64,000 bases of DNA from Cyanophora paradoxa CCMP329 (Eukaryota; Plantae; Glaucophyta). The notes beneath the pieces are model-generated. The model worked only from the letters and a program-made list of their open reading frames with translations. It was not told the DNA's origin and did not search any database. The translations under genes were made by a program, and so were the position numbers. Shown here in pieces: positions 24,901 to 35,400 of the stretch (positions are counted from its first letter, which is position 1; each line of letters begins with the position of its first letter). The stretch covers positions 62,001 through 126,000 of the forward strand of contig QPMI01000546.1 in the NCBI GenBank assembly GCA_004431415.1, read 5' to 3'.

Positions 24901-25904
24901 CGCTCAGTTCCACGACGAGGGGACCAAGGGCCGCGTCGAGGGCTGCGAGATCTCCCGCTGCCGGGTCCGCCGGCCCGCCCCGCCCCGCCCCGCCCCGCCC
25001 CGCGCTGAGCGGGTGGGGGCCCGAGCAGTCGTCGGGGGTGTCGATCGAGGGCGGGGCGGGCCCGCTGCTCCTCCGCAACGCCATCCACGACTGCAGGTCC
25101 GCCCGGCGCCGCCCGGGGCGGCTGAGCAGCCCCCTCTGACCGCCTGCCGCAGCGGGCCCGGCGTCTCCGTCCACTCGGGCGGCCGCGGCGCGGTGCGCGC
25201 TGGCAGGAGCCCCGCGCGGTTTGTTTGCGGGCGGGGCTGAGGGGCGGCGGCAGCTGCTGGAGAACGACGTGTACCGGAACGGGCCGTGCGAGCTGCTGCT
25301 GCGGGGCGCCGGCACGGACCCGCTCGTCAAGCACAACGCCCTCCGCCTCGCGCGCCGCGCCGCCCTCGTCGTCGAGCAGGCGCGCCGCCTCCGCCTGCCC
25401 GACCCGGCCCGGCCCGGCCCGGCCCGGCGCCGGCTGAGGGGCGGGGCGGGCGCGGGGGCAGAACGCGAAGGGCCAGGTGCTGGAGAACGACGTGATGATG
25501 AGCGAGGGAAACGGGATCTCGGTGACGACCGGCGCCAACCCGCTCCTCGTGCGCCGTCCCGCCGCCCCGCCCCGGCCCGGCCCGCTCTGCTCTGCTCTGC
25601 GCGCCGCCCCGCGTGGCCGAGCGGGCGCGCGGCAGACGAGCAACCGGGTGGTGAAGTGCGCGCGGATCGGCGTGCACGTCCACTCGGGCGGCCGCGGCTG
25701 CCTCGCCGTCAACGAGTGCGCATGCGCCCCCGGCACCGGCCCGGCCGAGCCCGATCGAAATCGCTCGAGCTGGCGCGGCTCACGGGCGGGCCCCGCGGCG
25801 GCAGGGTGGCGGACTGCCGGGAGTTCGCCCTGGTGGTCGCCCCGCAGTGCAAGCCCGTCCTGCGCGCCAACGCCTTCCGCGGCCGCACCTCCGTACCCGT
25901 CTAG
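21927..25904 (+). CDS. C2-domain plus right-handed parallel beta-helix protein (FBXO11-like repeats), multi-exon
   Basis: C2-like: VRFRVSRCVDL...DPFVKV...WDE...LLVEVYDYEVMKGDRLIG. Beta-helix: AYRTLREAV...HAGRY, LENCDVSS, DPTIANCSIHD, GVSVHSGGRG, LENDV repeats. Confidence 0.8.
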
Positions 25905-26129
25905 AGTAGACCCCCATCGCCAGCCGCCCGGCCCGCACTGCATTTTCCTGCTCATTTTCGTCCAATTTCGCCCGGCCCTCTAGGTCTGCAGCTATGCGTA
26001 TATATGCGTATCATAGTATGCGTGCCGCAGTGCACACGTTGCGATTTTTATTGATTTCATCGTGGCATGCACCCTGCCAACTTGCAATTGGCAACGTTAA
26101 CGTGTTAACGCGAAGGTCAACTGTAGCAG

Positions 26130-26231
26130 CTTAACCTCCCCCCCCCCCCCCCCCCCCCCCCCCGCTTAACCTCCCCCCTGCAGCTTTAGCTTAACGCCTT
26201 CCGCGGCCGCTTAACCCCCCGCTTTAGCTTA

Positions 26232-26265
<34 letters not shown>

Positions 26266-26272
26266 GGCCCCC
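26130..26272. repeat. Low-complexity GCTTAAC plus poly-C patchwork
   Basis: Repeated gcttaac(c)n units with C runs of up to ~26 nt. Confidence 0.7.
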
Positions 26273-27227
26273 TGCCTATGCAGGCCACGCATAAACGAAC
26301 CTCAGGCCTACCGTAGTACATATAATTATTATGATCGTGATCCATCGGCATCGGACGATGTCTTTCATATGCATCCGACATCGATTGACGTACGCAGTGC
26401 ACGTGTACATGTCATGAAGAAAATTACCGATATATATTTTTACCCGGCCCGATGCACATGATCAGTGGATGATATCACTTCTTGAATCGAGTGCAAGCTT
26501 TCTCCAGCTTCGTATTCCATAATATCATGAACAATCGATGTCTTTCAAGCCGGTTTGGCTTCTTCAGCGATTCACCAGCTCTGGTATACGTACTGGCTAA
26601 TGATGGGCACATAATCGATGTCGAATAATAAAAAATCCTGCCTTAGGCCTGCGCTACTAAACACACACTCACAGATACGTTCACTGTGATATCGATGCAT
26701 ACTTCGAATTTCAGCTGGAGCTCATTATCAAGTAATCCTTGAAATTTAGCTTGACCTAACGCTTTAGCTACTCAAAGCCTTCGAATTCTAAGACGTATAC
26801 CACCAATGGTCCGAGCACAATTAAGAAATCAAGAATGGGTTGTTTATGTAAAAAGGACGAAGATGAGTCTCTCCATTGCCCAAAAAACGATTTGCGCCAG
26901 CCAACATCGCAAATCAAATAACATTAAGCTAAAGAAGCAATATATATAAGCTATAGCTATACAGGGATGCGAGAGCCACAACGGCCGAGGAAAGAGGAAG
27001 AAAGGAAGTCGAAGCGAAGAGCAGCAAACGGTCTTTACAGGCCGAAGGGGTTGGCAAATTTTTTTAAAGGAGTTCAAATGTGACGGGTGAAGGAAACCGA
27101 TGGGAGGAGGCGGAGAGCGGGAAACGGACGGATGCAGATCTAGATCTAGAGTGCAGGTGCGGGAAGCTTAAGGGGGACTTCCAACGAAGGCCCCGAGGGG
27201 CTTCAATTCTGGTGGCGCGCCGCGCGC

Positions 27228-27707
27228 TCACGACGACCACTGGCCATGGGGGACAGCGTTCCCGGCCGCGGCCGCCGCCGCCGCGTTCGAGGAGCCGGGG
27301 GCCGCAAAGTAGGCCCAGAGGCCCGTCGTCGGCTGCAGGTGAGAGGACATCGCAGCCGGCTGCCACTGGGACGGCTGCCACTGGGCGACGGCCGCCCGCC
27401 CACCGTCCTGCCACGACTGCTGGTACCGCGACAGCTGCGAGGCGGAGGAGGGTCCGGAGACCAGCGTGGCGCCGGGGGTCTGCTGCGGGCGGAGCGAGGC
27501 GGCTGCGGCGGCGCCGGCTAGCACCGGCGCCGGCGCCGGCGGCGCGCTCGCGATCGACGACGGCGCCGGTGCCGATGAGCGCGGTCCCGCCGACGTCGAC
27601 GTCGTCGTCGACGCGTACACGTGCGGCGACGGCGACTGGCGGATCTGCGAGATCGATGCGAGGGACGCCGGGCCCCAGCCTGCGCCCACGCCCTGCTGCG
27701 CATATGC

Positions 27708-27738
<31 letters not shown>

Positions 27739-29470
27739 GGGAGCGCGCGCTGCACCTGATGCTGCTGCACAAGCGGGGCCGACGCTGACGCCGCCGTCGA
27801 AGCCGCGTCCGAGTAGTCCTGCCTGAAGAGACTCGGCTGCCACGCCCTGCCGGCTGCGGCCGCCCCCAGGCCTCCCCCGCCGAGCGCCGAGCGGATGTTG
27901 GGCAAGCCTTGCCCCGGCTCGCCCCCGGCTGAGACCTGAACCCGACAGTAAGACGGATCTCGCGATCGAGAGATTTAGATGCACGCGCACCGACGCCGAT
28001 TCGCCGGTTTCGCGATCGGAAAACGAGACGGGCGGCCCCGGCGCGGACGTCGACGTCGACGTTGCTCCGCCGCTCCACGACGAGCTGGAGCGCGAGCTGG
28101 CGTTGGCGTTGCCAAGCGCCGGAGGGGATGCTGACGGGCCGGAGTGGCTCGGCGAGCTCGAGATGGAGGAGACCGAAGCTGCGCCTGCGACATCGATCGC
28201 GATCGCGTCTCAACGCGGGCGGATCAAAAGATTCGGGAGCTCGGGCGGCACCCGTCGGGGAGGGATTGAAGGAGTAGTTGGGTGGCGTGGCGCCAATGAC
28301 ACCGGTACCGGTACCGTATACGTACATGGAACCGGCGGGCTGGGAGAAGAACTGGTCGTAGCCGGACGCGGACGGCGATTGCGCCGACGCGCCACTTGCA
28401 ACGTTGACGCCGCCGTTGATGCCGCCGAAAGAGGCCTGCTGGTAATGCATGTACGCAGGCCCCGGATGCGGTGCTGACTGCTGCCACGCCATATGCATAG
28501 AGCGCTGCGCAGAGACGGGGGCGGGCTGACCATTCGAATTCGGTTGCCCCTGCAGGAAGTTGGGCAGCTGCTGCGACATCGACATCTGCTGCGGAGTGTA
28601 CCCGTATCCGTAGCCGGCCATGGCCATCGGAAGCTGTTGGTTCCCGAAGCCGGTTGCATAATAGGCGCTGCCAGCCGACTGCTGCCGCGTAGGCTGCTGC
28701 TGCCAAGAGTATGCCATCTGCAGCTGCGCAGGGCCGGATGTAGGCGGGAAGGATCCGAAGTTTGCTGCTTGGCCGGTTGTTGTCGCATGGGAGGTGGCCA
28801 TGCGTAGCTGCGGCTGAGGCTGCCCGTAGCCAGGCTCGGCGGCGTTCTGCGCTATATTCATCAACATTTGTCCTTGAGATGGCCGAACCTGCTGCTGATG
28901 CTGCGCATGCTGCTGCCGCGAAGGCTGCCCCTGCAGCTGCGCGTGATCATGAGCTTGGGCCGGCGCTTCTGCGCTGTCGTCGCTGTCGAGCTCGTCCCGG
29001 TCGCTCGCACTGTCTTCGGATGCGCTGGCGGGCTGCAGCTGCCCCAGGCGGCCGCCGCCGCGGGCTCCTCTCCCCCGCTCCGGTCCCTTGCCTCGCCTCG
29101 CCCGCTTTGCCGACTTGCTGCCACGCGGCCGGCCGCGCCCCCTCCGCGGGTTCGATTTGGGTGCGGGGGCCGCGGCTCGCGATCGAGGGCCCGCCGCTTG
29201 CGGCTCGGGGCGCTGGAGGGGCATCGTTGTCGCGGCCGGCGGGTGGGACCCGGGTCCGTGCACGCCATAGACGTCGCGGTCGGGCCCGTCGCCCTCCTGA
29301 ACCCGCGGGTGGAACGGGCACCGGCAGTCCGCCGCGTGCCCCGCCGAGCCCCGCGGCCTGCCCACGAGGTCCTCCTGCGACCACTTGTGAGAATCGCAAC
29401 AGCGCAACGAAGCAAATCACAATGCAGCGGCGAACGCACCTGCCAGCTTGGCGTGAACACTTCTCTTCTG
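27228..29470 (-). CDS. Gln/Ser/Ala-rich region with an AT-hook; probable 3' half of the Myb gene split by the viral insertion
   Basis: ORF 27518-29407 contains RRGRGRPRGSK and Q-rich segments; ORF 27228-27905 contains polyQ; same strand as the Myb exons on the far side of the element. Confidence 0.55.
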
Positions 29471-29555
29471 CGTTGCGCTCAATCAGCACTTCCAGCCGAA
29501 CGGCCGAGATGTAAACCGACGACGCCCATGGTAACGGCGTCTCAACGTATACGTA

Positions 29556-29981
29556 TGTTGTATACGCATGGACCTCACACCCGGGCAATTCCGCTTCGCT
29601 CCATTGCCCCCGATTCCATGCGTTTCCAGTGTATACCTCCAGCCCCTCTTCAGTTAATTCACCTTGTACGTCTACGAGACCCTAATTCCCAGGTCTACCA
29701 GACTCGGGTCGGAGTCTTAACAAAGAAATATCTAACGACTATTCAGGGCAGAGCTGACAACTAGAATAGACGAAGAGGAGCGCTGCCCCCTTGAGCGCGG
29801 TCTGTAGAACAACGTGGCAGAATAGGCTAGGCGATATTAATGAGTACAGAGAAGCTAAACGAGGAAACGTGTTAAGCTCTAGCTAGATGTAATTGATGTG
29901 TACAGAGAAGCTAAACGAGGAAAAAGCGTTAAGCTATAGCCGCACGTAAGGACGGGCCCCAGAGCGGTCTGGTGCGGCCTC
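29556..29981 (+). repeat. Left terminal inverted repeat (426 bp, starts TGTTG)
   Basis: Reverse complement of 51796-52222; the only difference seen is one base in a C/G run. Contains an internal repeat gtacagagaagctaaacgaggaaa twice. Confidence 0.97.
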
Positions 29982-30041
29982 ATTCCACCTGATCGGGTTG
30001 CTTCTCCTTTCTGAAACTTGATAGCAAGGACTTTTTTCTTT

Positions 30042-30305
30042 TCAGCGGCTTCGGGATATTTGGGGAGGCCAAGACAATCTTCGGCCTTCAGCATCAAGCC
30101 AAGGTACAGGTGAATCGGTTCGAGTAAATGGAGAATTGGACCTAGAAGTCCTGGGTGTGTTAATAGGCGAAACCTGAGTTTCTGGGGTGCGAGAGCCTTC
30201 TGTGTCTGATATTTCGAGATTAATGGTCGTCTCACAGCAACTACAATTCAATTTGCTGGTGACGTTGAGATGGAACATATCCAAACATTTTCGAAGCAAA
30301 TCCAT
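30042..30305 (-). CDS. Small viral hypothetical protein (CSCC motif, Ser/Thr/Pro-rich tail)
   Basis: 87-aa ATG ORF co-oriented with the neighbouring genes, with an AT-rich upstream region. Confidence 0.45.
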   Translation of the reverse strand: MDLLRKCLDMFHLNVTSKLNCSCCETTINLEISDTEGSRTPETQVSPINTPRTSRSNSPFTRTDSPVPWLDAEGRRLSWPPQISRSR

Positions 30306-30343
30306 CTATTAATGGAAAAATATAAAAAAACAAAGGAATGCAG

Positions 30344-31168
30344 CTATGGAGCTGTATCGCTGCCGAATATAGGAAAATACCTATTAGTGCCGTAGTACTC
30401 TGCATATGTGTTCTGTTTAGCAATAGCATCGGTTCGTTCAGCATAAAGGATACATTTGTAGATACCAAACCTGGTAGCTCTTACTAAAAACTGATAATCT
30501 TCTAATCCGAAATTTACACCATGATAAGCGATTCCAAAGTTATCGTAAGGAGTTATTACCACTGTAATATTCGGAGTTCCACCTTCAACCTGGCAGAGAG
30601 CGTAGATATCAGGTGGGATATCCACTACTACCTTGAAATGATCACCAATTTCAACCAGAGAATCAACTACTGATGTTTGCTCATTAACAACGATTGGAAA
30701 GATCTTAATAATATATGGTGCATTCATGCTGGGAACGTAGGTGCGAATACGCGTTAAATTATCAATCGGGTTCGGTTGATCGTTCACAAAGAGAGGAGCT
30801 CCGATAGCTCCACCAACACGAAGACCATCGCCAACATATGCGCCACCATTTCGGCAGTTAATAGCTCCCGAACGAGATTCGAAGGAATAAGTCGAAAGAG
30901 GATCGCCGTAGCTGTCTGGATCGCCATAATGGGCGCTAAAATTTGCATTTGTAACTAGCAACTTTGTAGTTTTGACCACACCATTATTTTTATCACATCG
31001 GAGTTCCTGCAATCTAAGTTTATGTGTAGATCCGAAGGTATTCATTGTAGGTTGAACCTCTGTTGATTCAAGACCTTCTACATCGTCAAAAGTAGAATGT
31101 TGTAAAACATGTGTAGCTGGGGCTGCGAGCGAAAGTTGTGCCGTGACAATACGCTCAATTTCAGTCAT
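30344..31168 (-). CDS. Viral hypothetical protein, paralog A (possible fibre/structural protein)
   Basis: 274-aa ORF; N-half similar to 31192-32046 (PATH..QH...V.GLESTE, ELR.DKN.GVVKTT.LLV.NANF, GGA..G.G.RV.G). Confidence 0.75.
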   Translation of the reverse strand: MTEIERIVTAQLSLAAPATHVLQHSTFDDVEGLESTEVQPTMNTFGSTHKLRLQELRCDKNNGVVKTTKLLVTNANFSAHYGDPDSYGDPLSTYSFESRSGAINCRNGGAYVGDGLRVGGAIGAPLFVNDQPNPIDNLTRIRTYVPSMNAPYIIKIFPIVVNEQTSVVDSLVEIGDHFKVVVDIPPDIYALCQVEGGTPNITVVITPYDNFGIAYHGVNFGLEDYQFLVRATRFGIYKCILYAERTDAIAKQNTYAEYYGTNRYFPIFGSDTAP

Positions 31169-31191
31169 TTTACATTAAAGTGATATATATT

Positions 31192-32046
31192 TTAAGGTGT
31201 TGGATCGTCAATAACATCTGGCTCCTGGTAAAATCCGGTTGTAAAAATATCAGCAATATTCACACCACGAAGTGCTGAAACAGCAGCTATATCTGTTCTC
31301 AGTCCAATTATCATAGTATTATAAACTCCTACCTCAGTGACAAACAAATCATAAGTAAATGTCAAATTGTTATAAACACAATATCCTCTACCGAAATGGT
31401 TTGATGCTTGAACAAAGAATAGGTAATTGTGACCTGGTTGATTGTTGTTTGCTCTGCACATCGAAAGCATTGCTGTGGGAAGAGGAATATTCCTTCTCAC
31501 ACGATCAGTTCCTGTAATGGAAACCAACTCTGAATTTTCAAGAGTGACAGATGAAGCAACATAGAAGTGAAGAAAAGGTTGCTGTGCAACAGGTGTATAG
31601 AACCGAATTCGTTGCGGGTTCTCCACATTTTGTTCAAGAGTATCTGGGACATCATTGTATGCAATCGAAGAAGAGAGTTGACCGGACACACGACATCCAC
31701 CACCAATAAAAGCTCCACCTGATCTCACAGTAACAGCAGCAGAATTCTTATCGAAGTCAAGGGCTTTCAGATCAACACTGTAAGCATCAGGGCCTCCATT
31801 AGTAGGCTGGAAGAAATTTGCATTGCTTACGAGGAGTCGAGTGGTTTTAACTACACCAGAGTTCTTGTCAGCTCGGAGTTCTTTTACGCGAATAATCGAA
31901 TTCTTATCAAAAGCATTCCCGTTAGAATTAGGACGTTCAGTGGATTCCAGACCGCGAACCTCATCATTTACCTCATGCTGGCGAAAGTGAGTAGCAGGGG
32001 ATCCAAGTGAATAGATAGGTAGCTGAACCCGATTATATTCGCCCAT
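31192..32046 (-). CDS. Viral hypothetical protein, paralog B
   Basis: 284-aa ORF; tandem paralog of 30344-31168 with a divergent C-half. Confidence 0.75.
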   Translation of the reverse strand: MGEYNRVQLPIYSLGSPATHFRQHEVNDEVRGLESTERPNSNGNAFDKNSIIRVKELRADKNSGVVKTTRLLVSNANFFQPTNGGPDAYSVDLKALDFDKNSAAVTVRSGGAFIGGGCRVSGQLSSSIAYNDVPDTLEQNVENPQRIRFYTPVAQQPFLHFYVASSVTLENSELVSITGTDRVRRNIPLPTAMLSMCRANNNQPGHNYLFFVQASNHFGRGYCVYNNLTFTYDLFVTEVGVYNTMIIGLRTDIAAVSALRGVNIADIFTTGFYQEPDVIDDPTP

Positions 32047-32089
32047 TGCTTATTTTACTAAGAAGGAAAGAAAAAAAAGTCGGCAGACA

Positions 32090-32398
32090 TCAAGCCAAAG
32101 TGATTAGATTCGCTCCAAGGGCTTGGTAAGCAACAGAAAGAGCTTGAATATTGGCTGTCATTGCTTTGATATTGCTATCGCACTCAGAGTATTTAGCAAC
32201 AGGTTCGCCATAAGCCGATTGCGCAAGGACATTAACCAAGAGGTTTTTATACTCATTGACAACTGGTGACAGTTTGTTAGTTTGCTGAATTGTTTTTTCG
32301 ACATTTTGTAGCGCGGCTACAAGTTTGATAGTATCGAATGCAAGAGCGACAGGCTCAGAAGTAGTGGAAGGAGTTCCACCAAGTGGATACGTCGCCAT
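32090..32398 (-). CDS. Small helical/coiled-coil viral protein
   Basis: 102-aa ATG ORF with amphipathic heptad-like pattern; AT-rich motif upstream. Confidence 0.65.
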   Translation of the reverse strand: MATYPLGGTPSTTSEPVALAFDTIKLVAALQNVEKTIQQTNKLSPVVNEYKNLLVNVLAQSAYGEPVAKYSECDSNIKAMTANIQALSVAYQALGANLITLA

Positions 32399-32429
32399 TA
32401 ATTATACTGTGACATTTTTATTACGGCAG

Positions 32430-35400
32430 TTAAGCAGCCTGACTGCGCCATTGATCTATTTGATCTTGTAAATCTTTGCATTTCTGGGACAATTCTTTAA
32501 CAGCTTCAATGAGAACAGGAACCAAACCCGTGTATTCGAGAGATAGATAGCCATCGTCTTTTTTCACGTTAACAACCTCTGGTATTACCTTTTCTACATC
32601 TTGCGCAATTAAACCTAATTTTGTTCCATCTTTTTCGCTTCCAATTCGTTTAAAACTCACTCCTTCTAATTTCTCAATCGCTGAAAGAGCGCCTGTTATC
32701 TTTTTAATGTCTGTTTTGTATCTTCTGTCACTTCCCTGTGACAAATATGCCGCAATATACAGGTATCCGCTCTGTTCCAAATATGCTATATTTGTATCCC
32801 ACGTATTTCTAAACTCTACTACTGTTGCTCCGTAACCTTTAATGTATGTAGTTGATGATGAACCAAAATAAACTCTCCCATTACCTTCATCTGATGTTAT
32901 CCAAGTTCCGGTTGCCCAAGTTGTGCGAGCATCTTTACTATATACATTATCCAACTGATCATACCATTTGCTGGTGAGGTTCTCCCTTTTTCTTTCGTCC
33001 ATCCAACCATACCAATATAACATCTCCCTTTTCTTGCAACAAATCTAACATGTGAGAAATAATCACAAGCAAAAGAAGCCCACGCCAAACCATCGTGATA
33101 ATCTGTGGTTCCATAATTTGAGACAGTCTGATAAGTATTAACTCGCATAATGTGGAACCATCGACCTGCTCGATAGCCTCCAATATCGAAATATCGACAA
33201 TTCGACCAACACAAATATTGAACATGACATGTTTGCATATTTGCTGGGACTTCAATTTGCGCCCAGTCTCCACTTGTTGAATCACCTTCAACGATACTAT
33301 AAAATCCATCCACAGGATTAGAAACAGAAGCTGTCCAACCTGTCCCCAAGAACCACTAAATGATAGACCACCACTACCTGTTCCACTCCAAGTATCAAAA
33401 CCTATAATGTTTCCAACTAAACTTGGTGTTAGTAGATTTGGCTTACTATAAATGTTATCCCAAGAAACATAACCTGTGTGACCACCATAACTACTTCCTG
33501 TCCAAGTGCGAGTAAATCCAATGCCCATTATGTGAACTCTTCCTACCTTTGGAATAATACGAAGGCGAATAAAGCGATTTCCCAACATAATAGGGACATT
33601 TTGTAAACCATTGTGGTTTCCATCTGGTGCGCTTTCATATTGATGATAACTATTCACTCTTGCAATGAAAACCGCATTTCCTTGTCTATTAATTCCCCAA
33701 ATCTCAAAGTAACGACAATTTACCCAAGGGAGATATGTTAAGTGGGCTGTTCCCGTATATAAATCAGTGGGTATTGTGTAATCAACCCATGAGCCGTTAA
33801 CAACAGTGTCGCCACTCTCATTATTGTAAGCATACCCACCGTAATTATAGTAGGGTTCCCATGCTGTTCCACCTTCAAAACCCCAACCTCCTGCATAACC
33901 ATGTGGCGAATTTCCTGCAACAGTTGCGTCATACTCTACACATCGAGGCATTGTTTTGTCACCAAATTTATAGTTTGTAGTTGCATTTATTGAACCCCAT
34001 TAATAATTGTTCCACTTAGAGTCGGAGCTGACACAGTATTATTAACTGCAAGGTTACCATTTGAATACGATTTTAATAACCATGCATCTGCTGAGTTTCT
34101 GAATTCGACCGATACACCATCACTATGCTCATAACCTCGAATGTATGTAGTTCCACCATTTCCAAACCAAAATCGTGGGACATTATCCGTTGATTTTAAC
34201 CAAGTGGAGACAGCCCATGTTGCTGTTTGTGGGAGGTCTGCGGCTGTAAATAAAGCGGGACGACTGTAAATATTATCCCAACTAATCAAACCATTCGCTG
34301 GTGCTGTTCTTCCTACTTCTTTTGTCCATCCAAGCATTCCAATGTAAATTCGTCCTTTCTTTGCAAAAATTCCAATATGAGAGAAATTCCCACAAAATAC
34401 GGAAGTCCATAATAAACTCGAATGCCAATTTGTGTCGGCTGTGTTTTGAACATTTTGATACGTATTCACTCTCATAATATAATTCCAACGACCATTGCGG
34501 TATCCATAAATATCAAAATATCTTGAATTCGTCCAACATAAGTATTGTATGTGACAGGTTTTCATTCCTGCTGGAACAACACACTGCATGTAGCCACTGC
34601 CACTTTCATCATCTGTCTGGTTGCAATAAAACCCTCTACTGGGTTATCTGTTGTGGGTTTCCATGCTGTTGTCCAAGCCCCAGCTGGGAATGCTACACCT
34701 GTGCTATTCCAACCACTTACAACATCAAACTCGGAATATTTGCCAACAGGATTGAAAGCAATATTATCGTAATGCAATAATCCTGCATCATTATCAGTTG
34801 CTCTTTGTCGACTCCAACCAAAGACACCTGTAAGATAAATGCGACCTTTTCGCCCTTGAACATATATTTTACTGTAAAATTCGCAGTTTACTGAAGTAAA
34901 TATTATAGCTGGGTATGTTCCATCTTGAACTGCAACATCCTGAAGTCCTTGATAGTTATTTATTCGTCTTAGGAAATGTTGATGTCCATTTACAGTTTGC
35001 CCGTAAATATCGAAATATCGACAATTATGCCACAGTAAAGTTGAATATAAAACGATTTCATACCTTCTGGAATTGTCCAACGCATCCAACAACCCGTAAC
35101 ATCTGCGTCATTCTCAGGTGTCGTATAACATCCGGTTAGTCCCGTTCTATGACCTGTCCAATTAACAGTCCAATTATTTGCGCTTCTATCTGTCGAAACC
35201 ACATCTAATTGGTCAAATTCATAACCTTTCGGTATTGTGGTTCCACCAATTTGTAATGTGGTAGCGTTAACGGTTCCGGTGACGGTTCCACCTGTAAGAG
35301 GTAGATAATTCGCAAGTGCCGCCGCTAATTCTGCATCGGTTGCATAACTGCTTAAATCCGCCGACGTGAGATATCCTTTATTGGTAAGGTAATCATCTGT

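Noticed and set aside
6000-29400. Numerous long overlapping Arg/Ala/Pro/Gly-rich ORFs in the six-frame track
   Set aside because: Shadow ORFs expected at very high GC; the real genes are spliced or lie in other frames.
32940-35200. Diversity-generating retroelement acting on the fibre repeats
   Set aside because: The copies are broadly divergent rather than a near-identical template/variable pair, and the only RT belongs to the separate Ngaro element.
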